The position numbers and the translations under genes are program-made. A stretch of 33,887 nucleotides of DNA, taken from contig JBBQSI010000001.1 in the NCBI GenBank assembly GCA_038213975.1, forward strand, positions 1 through 33,887, written 5' to 3'. Each line of letters starts with the position of its first letter. The stretch's first letter is position 1. The notes below the pieces were generated by a model. The model searched no databases, had not been told where the DNA came from, and saw only the letters and a program-made list of their open reading frames with translations. Shown piece by piece: positions 27,649-33,887 of the stretch. This stretch comes from Chitinophagales bacterium (GTDB taxonomy: Bacteria; Bacteroidota; Bacteroidia; Chitinophagales; Chitinophagaceae).

Positions 27649-29459
27649 AAATAGTTGATATACCCAAAATGAATTTTGGATGCATTACGAAGATCAAACT
27701 TCACATCATTTCTTTTGCCAACTGCGTAGCTCAGGTTAAGCAAGCCGGCTTTTGTTTCAAACGATATACCTACACCTCCGCTGAAAAACTGATTATTTAC
27801 ACTGTTCTCTTTTCCTCCTGTTTTCGTGATACCCGCGTCTGAAAAACCGTAAAAGTAAGAGTTGAGGCCAACGAGATACCGATACTCTGCTGTAAATATG
27901 GCGTAGCGATTTACGTAGATGCTTTCTTCATCAAAACCACGGAGCAGCCTGAAACCTCCAACCTGGAAAAGTTCATTCCTAAAATACTGTGGACTTTGCA
28001 AAAGAGCCAGGTGAGAAGCGAGCTTCAGCGTGCTGCTCTTTCCCATTGGGAAGAAATGAGCAAAGGCAGACTGAATTTTTAGCCTGTATGATTTTAATTT
28101 GATTGTGTCATATAAAGATGAGAAATTAAATCCTGGATCAGACGGATCCTTGAGATTCACAATATCATTGTTAGGTGTGATTTTTCGAAGGCCGGCTGAG
28201 ATAGTAAAATCGAAAATGTTACCCCTCCTGGGGTTCAAGCGATAATTTGTCTGTGTTAAATTATAGTTCAGTCCGAAATTTCCTGTGTTCAGGTCTATGT
28301 TTGTCGGCAGTTTGCGAGTGACGCGTACCTGGTTGGTATCGAACCCGCCATTCAATAGATAGCTGCGTTCCTGTTGGTAAAATATGGTAGCAGTTTGGTT
28401 GGAAGAAAGAATATATTGAATCCCAAACCTTGCATTGAGTGATAAAAAATTTGAATCTTTTTTCAACAGGTTAAAGGCGAAATCAAGCCCAAAGTTTGAA
28501 TTGAAAATGTAGGGCTGAATGTAACCCAGCACAAGCCTTGGCGACTTTGGCTGTAACTGTTGCCAGTTGATAACGATGTTTTCACCACTTCCCAGGGCGT
28601 TCTTCAGGTCGAGGTGTACATCGCCGGTAAGCTGTGCTTTGCCCGTGGTAGTGTTAGCGGGCAGATAACCTACCAACACATCTATTGCGCTACTCTTACG
28701 TTGCTGCAGGTAAAGGTTTAAGGTGGCGCCCGATCCAAGCATTGTTAAGTTCCAGGGCTGAGCTTCTTCCAGGTAGGGTAGCTCGGACAGTTTTCTGCTT
28801 ACATTATTCAACTTGCTGTTATCATATGTGCTTCCGTTGTCGATGCCAAGGTAATGCCGGATAAAATTTTCGCTCACTTTTGCCTTGCCCAGGTTCCTGG
28901 TGCTGTCAATTTTATAGAGCGGGCCTTTTTTTAAAATGAAAGAAGCGGTGAGGTTACTTTCCGGCGTGAGAATCGTTTTCATATCGAGCTCAGCAAAAGG
29001 ATAGCCGCTGTTTTCATAATAGCCCAACACCTTTTCGCGGAAAGCTTTTATCCGGGTAAAGTCCATCTGGCTGCCTTTTGCACGTTTGCGAAAGCCAATC
29101 GCTTCCAGCATTTGCGCATCGAGGCTGTCAACATCTACAGCCGTAAAAGTTATTTTGGGACCGAGGTAAACCGATATCACAAGGCTCGCAGTATCTTTCG
29201 TGATGACTGAATCCACTGCTGCGGCGGGAAATCCTTTTTGTTGCAAAACTCCGGGAAGCCCCTGGAGATACTTGCGGGCTGCAATGGAATCCTCAAATTC
29301 CCGGGTAATATTTAACGAGCCAAAGGCCGAATCGTGTGGACTAACGTTGTACTGTACATGAAATTTTTGTTGCGCTAGAGCGGCATTATTGAAACAGCTG
29401 ATGAACGAAAGCAAGATGGGCAGGCAGCAGCAATAATATTTTATTTTCAGATATTGCAT
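27645..29459 (-). CDS. Omp85 (BamA/TamA) superfamily outer membrane protein
   Basis: Signal peptide, POTRA-like Y.N.GYPFA, barrel motif GGFRLLRGFDE and C-terminal aromatic KIHFGYINYF. Confidence 0.85.
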   Translation of the reverse strand: MQYLKIKYYCCCLPILLSFISCFNNAALAQQKFHVQYNVSPHDSAFGSLNITREFEDSIAARKYLQGLPGVLQQKGFPAAAVDSVITKDTASLVISVYLGPKITFTAVDVDSLDAQMLEAIGFRKRAKGSQMDFTRIKAFREKVLGYYENSGYPFAELDMKTILTPESNLTASFILKKGPLYKIDSTRNLGKAKVSENFIRHYLGIDNGSTYDNSKLNNVSRKLSELPYLEEAQPWNLTMLGSGATLNLYLQQRKSSAIDVLVGYLPANTTTGKAQLTGDVHLDLKNALGSGENIVINWQQLQPKSPRLVLGYIQPYIFNSNFGLDFAFNLLKKDSNFLSLNARFGIQYILSSNQTATIFYQQERSYLLNGGFDTNQVRVTRKLPTNIDLNTGNFGLNYNLTQTNYRLNPRRGNIFDFTISAGLRKITPNNDIVNLKDPSDPGFNFSSLYDTIKLKSYRLKIQSAFAHFFPMGKSSTLKLASHLALLQSPQYFRNELFQVGGFRLLRGFDEESIYVNRYAIFTAEYRYLVGLNSYFYGFSDAGITKTGGKENSVNNQFFSGGVGISFETKAGLLNLSYAVGKRNDVKFDLRNASKIHFGYINYF

Positions 29460-29525
29460 CCGGGTGGTATAAAACTAATCAAATTAAAAAATGCCTTCTG
29501 AGGCGTTTTTTTCATTACGTCTTCT

Positions 29526-30686
29526 TTGGCAGGTATCTACGTCCATATTCCTTTTTGCAAGCGTGCCTGCCATTACTGTAACTTTCATTTCAGCACTTCA
29601 CCTTCACTGAAAGAAAAAATGGTGCATGCCCTTGCCCGGGAAATCGAACTCTCCACAGTTGAGTGGAAATCATTTCTGCCATCTGTTGAAACACTTTATT
29701 TTGGCGGAGGCACCCCCAGTTTACTTACTAACTTAGACTTGACACTTTTAGTGTCTCAACTCAAAACTTCCTACCAGGTTGACGGGTCGGCTGAATGTAC
29801 ACTCGAAACTAACCCTGACGATATTACCCAACAAAAACTTTCAGCATGGAAGTCTGCAGGTATTAACCGCCTGAGTATAGGGATACAATCTTTCTCTCAA
29901 GAGCATCTTACCTGGATGAACCGCGTACATGATGCTACCCAGGCAAGAGAAAGTATAATGGCGGCCAGGGATGCGGGTTTTAATAATTTTTCGATCGATC
30001 TTATTTACGGAATTCCGGGCCTTTCTGACGAAGAGTGGATACAAACTGTTGAAGAAGCATTGCAGTATGCACCACCGCACGTTGCATGCTATGCCCTTAC
30101 AGTAGAACCTGGTACAGCTTTGCAAAAAATGATTATGCTTACTAAAAAGGAAGATGTTGACCAGGAAGTACAGTCCCGGCAATTTCTTTTATTAATGCAG
30201 AAAATGCGGGAGGCAGGTTATGAGCATTACGAGATCTCGAACTTCGCCCTACCCGGATATCGCAGCCGCCACAACAGCAGTTATTGGAGCGGCTCAAGTT
30301 ATCTTGGAATTGGGCCTTCTGCGCACTCGTATAATGGTAATATCCGGAAATGGAATGTAAATAATAATGCTAAATACCTGGATGCCATTAATGCCGGGCG
30401 AATACCTGCCGAAGCCGAGATCCTCACGGCGTCTCAAAAACTGAATGAATATATAATGACGTCTTTGAGAACGATAGAAGGCTTGTCTTTAGACCGCGTT
30501 TTTCCCTTTTTAATTGCCTCCGAAAAAAAATCTTTCTCACAGAGAATCGAAAAGTTCAAAGAAAATGGATGGCTATACGAACGAGAAGAAAGGCTCATTC
30601 TAAAAGACGCAGGAAAACTTTTTGCGGATGGGATTGCTGCCGATTTATTTGTAAATGATTCCGGGATACTCGCAGATCTACAGTAA
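29526..30686 (+). CDS. hemW: Radical SAM heme chaperone HemW
   Basis: YVHIPFCKRACHYCNF, YFGGGTPS, NRLSIGIQSF, DLIYGIP, YEISNF and HN..YW motifs; TTG start. Confidence 0.92.
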   Translation: MAGIYVHIPFCKRACHYCNFHFSTSPSLKEKMVHALAREIELSTVEWKSFLPSVETLYFGGGTPSLLTNLDLTLLVSQLKTSYQVDGSAECTLETNPDDITQQKLSAWKSAGINRLSIGIQSFSQEHLTWMNRVHDATQARESIMAARDAGFNNFSIDLIYGIPGLSDEEWIQTVEEALQYAPPHVACYALTVEPGTALQKMIMLTKKEDVDQEVQSRQFLLLMQKMREAGYEHYEISNFALPGYRSRHNSSYWSGSSYLGIGPSAHSYNGNIRKWNVNNNAKYLDAINAGRIPAEAEILTASQKLNEYIMTSLRTIEGLSLDRVFPFLIASEKKSFSQRIEKFKENGWLYEREERLILKDAGKLFADGIAADLFVNDSGILADLQ

Positions 30687-31721
30687 TTCTGCTTCAATTC
30701 CGTTAAAGCCTTCCGCTGCCGGAAGCTTCTCCCATAATATTTTGTAGATAGTCTCGGCGATCGGCATTTCAGCGCCAACTTTGTGATTGATGGCATTCAT
30801 GCATTTGCTGGCATTGTATCCTTCAGCAACCATATTCATTTCCAATTGAGCTGACTTTACAGAGTAGCCTTTGCCAATCATATTGCCGAAAGTTCGGTTG
30901 CGGCTGAAAAGTGAATAACAAGTTACCAGCAGATCCCCGAGATAAACCGATGCGGCATAGTTGGTAATATCTTGTTCCGCACTTGCGGGTCTTGGTTGAT
31001 GAATTATTGTACCGACTTGCGGGCTTTTCTTACCTGTCCTACGAAGAAAGCCGGCCATTTCATCAGCGCTGTTAGCTATCAAAACGCTCAGGAAATTATC
31101 ACCATACTCCAGCCCGTGCGCAATGCCGGCACCAACAGCGTAAATGTTTTTGAGTACAGCTGCGTATTGTACTCCATAAACATCCGTGTTATGAAGTACC
31201 CGCAGATAAGGCGTTTTGAAATTTTCAGCAATTTCTGTCGTTGCATCCACATCTACACCGCTAACCGTCAGGTATGATAATTTTTCAGCTGCTACTTCCT
31301 CAGCATGGCACGGGCCCAAGAGCGTAAAATAATCGGTCAGCGAAAAATGGAATTTTTCTTTCAGGTAGTCATTCAGCAGATAATTACAACCGGGCACTAT
31401 GCCCTTAATTGCGGAAACAATTTTTTTTCCCTGGAATATTGCTGAAGGCAATGGCTCCAGCAAATCCGTAATGTAAGCGGAAGGAGTCACCAAAATGATT
31501 ACTTCAGAATCTTTGATAACGCTTTCCGCTTCGGACGACAAGGTAAGAGAAGTGATATCAAAATGTACCGAAGGCAGGTAGTGTGGGTTGTGCCGGCGGG
31601 CTATCAGCTGGTCTATTGTCTGCGGGCTCCGGAACCACCAGTTTATGTTTTGGCCATTGTCGGTAAGAATTTTTGCGATAGCGGTGCCCCAGCTACCACT
31701 TCCTATCACTCCAATTTTCAT
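30678..31721 (-). CDS. gpsA: NAD(P)H-dependent glycerol-3-phosphate dehydrogenase
   Basis: GSGSWGTA, AIKG, GPCHAEE, LKNIYA, LGDLLVT, SRNR.FG and AEG motifs. Confidence 0.95.
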   Translation of the reverse strand: MKIGVIGSGSWGTAIAKILTDNGQNINWWFRSPQTIDQLIARRHNPHYLPSVHFDITSLTLSSEAESVIKDSEVIILVTPSAYITDLLEPLPSAIFQGKKIVSAIKGIVPGCNYLLNDYLKEKFHFSLTDYFTLLGPCHAEEVAAEKLSYLTVSGVDVDATTEIAENFKTPYLRVLHNTDVYGVQYAAVLKNIYAVGAGIAHGLEYGDNFLSVLIANSADEMAGFLRRTGKKSPQVGTIIHQPRPASAEQDITNYAASVYLGDLLVTCYSLFSRNRTFGNMIGKGYSVKSAQLEMNMVAEGYNASKCMNAINHKVGAEMPIAETIYKILWEKLPAAEGFNGIEAELL

Positions 31722-32428
31722 GGCAATCCCAGTTTTTCAACAGCAATCTGGGCAGCCGCCTGGCTTGCTTCTTTTTTATTAAACGCCCGGGCTTCCGATA
31801 CCAGTATGCCATCAATTTTAGCTCCGATAGTAAACAACCTGCGGCCATTTTCCACCCGCTCTTCAATGGTCTCAAACTCAAGATTCTTACCATTTTTATT
31901 TGCCCAACCGTACAATTTGTTTTTCAAGTTAATATCAAGATTCTCAAGGTCCTGCATGAAAAAATGCGGATTGATAATATGGCGCGTCACCCAGCGTTGG
32001 GCGCGCTCATAGCCCTTATCGAGGTATACCGCGCCAACTACCGCCTCCAGCGTGTTTCCGAATATCTGGGAGATCTTTAGGCTATTGTCAAACTTATTGT
32101 AGATGGTGATTTTCTTTAAGCCAATTTTCAGGGCAATGTCGTTCAGTTGATTACGGTTTACCATTTTGCTTCGCATCTCTGTAAGAAAACCCTCGTCTTT
32201 ATAGGGATAGCGCATAAAAAGATAATGCGCAACAATGGAGCTGAGAATTGCATCACCGAGGAACTCCAACCGTTCATTGTTTTCATCAGCGCCCTCGCGG
32301 ATGGAGCGATGGCTCAACGCGGTTTTGTACAGAATGAGCTTCCCCGGAGCAAAACCCAACACATTTCTTAACTGGCTTCTGAAGTCCCGATCAACTTTCG
32401 GGGAGTACATATTTTTTAGAAAGAGCAC
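31718..32428 (-). CDS. rnc: Ribonuclease III
   Basis: NERLEFLGDA signature, LEAVVGAVYLD and a C-terminal dsRBD (KKEASQAAA). Confidence 0.95.
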   Translation of the reverse strand: MLFLKNMYSPKVDRDFRSQLRNVLGFAPGKLILYKTALSHRSIREGADENNERLEFLGDAILSSIVAHYLFMRYPYKDEGFLTEMRSKMVNRNQLNDIALKIGLKKITIYNKFDNSLKISQIFGNTLEAVVGAVYLDKGYERAQRWVTRHIINPHFFMQDLENLDINLKNKLYGWANKNGKNLEFETIEERVENGRRLFTIGAKIDGILVSEARAFNKKEASQAAAQIAVEKLGLP

Positions 32429-32539
32429 GATGGAAGTTAGCTGAATTTTATGTCTTCTTCACAAATAAAACGTGTATAAAAACATTGATTTCCAGTAAAA
32501 AATCAGGCTTAAAAATAAACTTCTCAGTAACGAAGAAGA

Positions 32540-32869
32540 CTAGTTAATAAACTTAATGATGCAAAAGACTGCAACGATGAGAGTTATCCAAAAAACGAAT
32601 GACCAAAGTATCAGTGTGCCTTCGGCGGCAGAAACCCGCTTAACCAGTTTATTCTGCAGGATTGCAGCATCCTCCCTGGTAGCAAAAATTTCTTTCATGT
32701 CTTCACGCCAAACGGAAATTTCCTTTTTTGAATAATCAACGCGGTCTTCTACCCGGCGATCCACCTCCTTACCAATATAGGTCATGATCTCAGCAGCTTC
32801 TTTATCGCCAAGGCGACGGACTAAAAAATTCTCAATTTCGTTGCTGTGAATGTGCTCGGGAACGGCCAT
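32540..32869 (-). CDS. Small hypothetical coiled-coil protein with C-terminal TM helix
   Basis: Helical, charged N-terminus with LG..EA and FATRED, and a hydrophobic tail; lies 15 nt after the fabF stop. Confidence 0.65.
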   Translation of the reverse strand: MAVPEHIHSNEIENFLVRRLGDKEAAEIMTYIGKEVDRRVEDRVDYSKKEISVWREDMKEIFATREDAAILQNKLVKRVSAAEGTLILWSFVFWITLIVAVFCIIKFIN

Positions 32870-32884
32870 ACCAAGAGTTTAAAG

Positions 32885-33886
32885 TTAGTCCTTGTATTTC
32901 TTTATAATGACGGAAGCATTGTGCCCCCCAAATCCGAAAGTATTGCTTAAGGCCGCATTTACTTCCTTATCCTGGGCTTCATTGAAAGTAAAATTCAACT
33001 TAGGGTCAAGCTCCGGATCGTCAGTAAAATGGTTAATGGTTGGAGGAATCACATTTTTTGTAACGGCTAAAATACAGGCGAGCGCCTCTACTACGCCGGC
33101 GGCACCGAGGCAGTGTCCCGTCATCGACTTTGTGGAACTGATGTTAAGTTCATACACTTTGTCGCCAAATACCTTAAGAATTGCTTTCGTTTCTGCCACA
33201 TCTCCCAGGGGAGTAGACGTGCCATGAACATTAATATAATCAATATCTCCAGGTTGCATGCCCGCGTCTCTCAGCGCAGCGGTCATCACATTTTTCGCCC
33301 CTAATCCGTCCGGATGCGGCGCAGTGATATGGTGGGCGTCGGCAGTGGCACCACCACCTGCGATCTCACAGTAAATTTTTGCCCCACGGGCTTTCGCGTG
33401 CTCCAGCTCTTCCAACACCAGTACGCCGGCGCCTTCTCCCATTACAAAACCATCCCTGTCCTTGTCAAAAGGCCGGGAGGCAGTTTTAGGGTCATCATTT
33501 CTCTCACTTAATGCCTTCATCGCATTGAAGCCACCTACACCTGCTTCCCGAATAACAGCCTCGCTGCCACCGGTGAGGATAATTTCGGCCTTGCCAAGGC
33601 GTATATTGTCGTAAGCATCTATAATTGCATTTGTACTACTTGCACAAGCACTGACTACGGCAAAGTTCGGACCCCGAAATCCGTACCGCATTGAGATCTG
33701 GCCAGCGGCAATATCCAATATCATCTTGGGGATAAAGAAAGGATTGAAACGGGGCGTACCGTCGCCACGGGCAAATTCCATTACATCATCCTGGAAAGTG
33801 GTCATGCCACCAATACCACTGGCAAAAATTACTCCTGCCCGGTCGGGATTAATATTTTCTTTTGAAATACCCGCATCACTTACAGC
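32885..33886 (-). CDS. fabF: Beta-ketoacyl-ACP synthase II (5' end outside the window)
   Basis: SACASS, RPFDKDRDGFVMGEG, HGTSTPLGD, TGHCLGAAG and NTFGFGGHN motifs. The frame stays open to the window edge (AVSDAGISKENINPDRAGVIFASGIGGM). Confidence 0.96.
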   Translation of the reverse strand, partial: AVSDAGISKENINPDRAGVIFASGIGGMTTFQDDVMEFARGDGTPRFNPFFIPKMILDIAAGQISMRYGFRGPNFAVVSACASSTNAIIDAYDNIRLGKAEIILTGGSEAVIREAGVGGFNAMKALSERNDDPKTASRPFDKDRDGFVMGEGAGVLVLEELEHAKARGAKIYCEIAGGGATADAHHITAPHPDGLGAKNVMTAALRDAGMQPGDIDYINVHGTSTPLGDVAETKAILKVFGDKVYELNISSTKSMTGHCLGAAGVVEALACILAVTKNVIPPTINHFTDDPELDPKLNFTFNEAQDKEVNAALSNTFGFGGHNASVIIKKYKD

Positions 33887-33887
33887 C

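Noticed and set aside
1-33887. CRISPR arrays, tRNA/rRNA genes, transposases or prophage genes
   Set aside because: No regularly spaced repeats, cloverleaf motifs or mobile-element proteins were recognised.

Overview
Bacteroidota (probably Chitinophagaceae-like) chromosomal segment, judged from gene content and TAnnTTTG promoter elements. The right half (about 19-34 kb) is housekeeping: LLM oxidoreductase, ruvB, D-lactate dehydrogenase, RsmI-like methylase, CysZ/EI24, 3-methyladenine glycosylase, gap, hemD, DUF4271, Omp85, hemW, gpsA, rnc and fabF. The left half starts with an edge-truncated comEC that the ORF track misses and a frameshifted beta-lactamase-like hydrolase. It then carries an accessory signalling region (about 3.6-18.3 kb) with two intact histidine kinases plus a kinase fragment, a single-domain response regulator, a REC-class III adenylate cyclase, an unusual HD-YitT fusion, an HD-DUF5706 (Pycsar-effector-like) membrane protein, a 1263-aa beta-rich protein, decayed TPR and phosphoesterase remnants, and a small protein ending in NPSPPA. 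The best candidate for an undescribed system is a phosphorelay-controlled cAMP circuit whose outputs may be membrane proteins with catalytically degenerate HD domains; this is inference. gap has an in-frame TGA at an invariant glycine. I saw no rRNA, tRNA, CRISPR array or IS element. All family calls come from motif recognition, not database searches.
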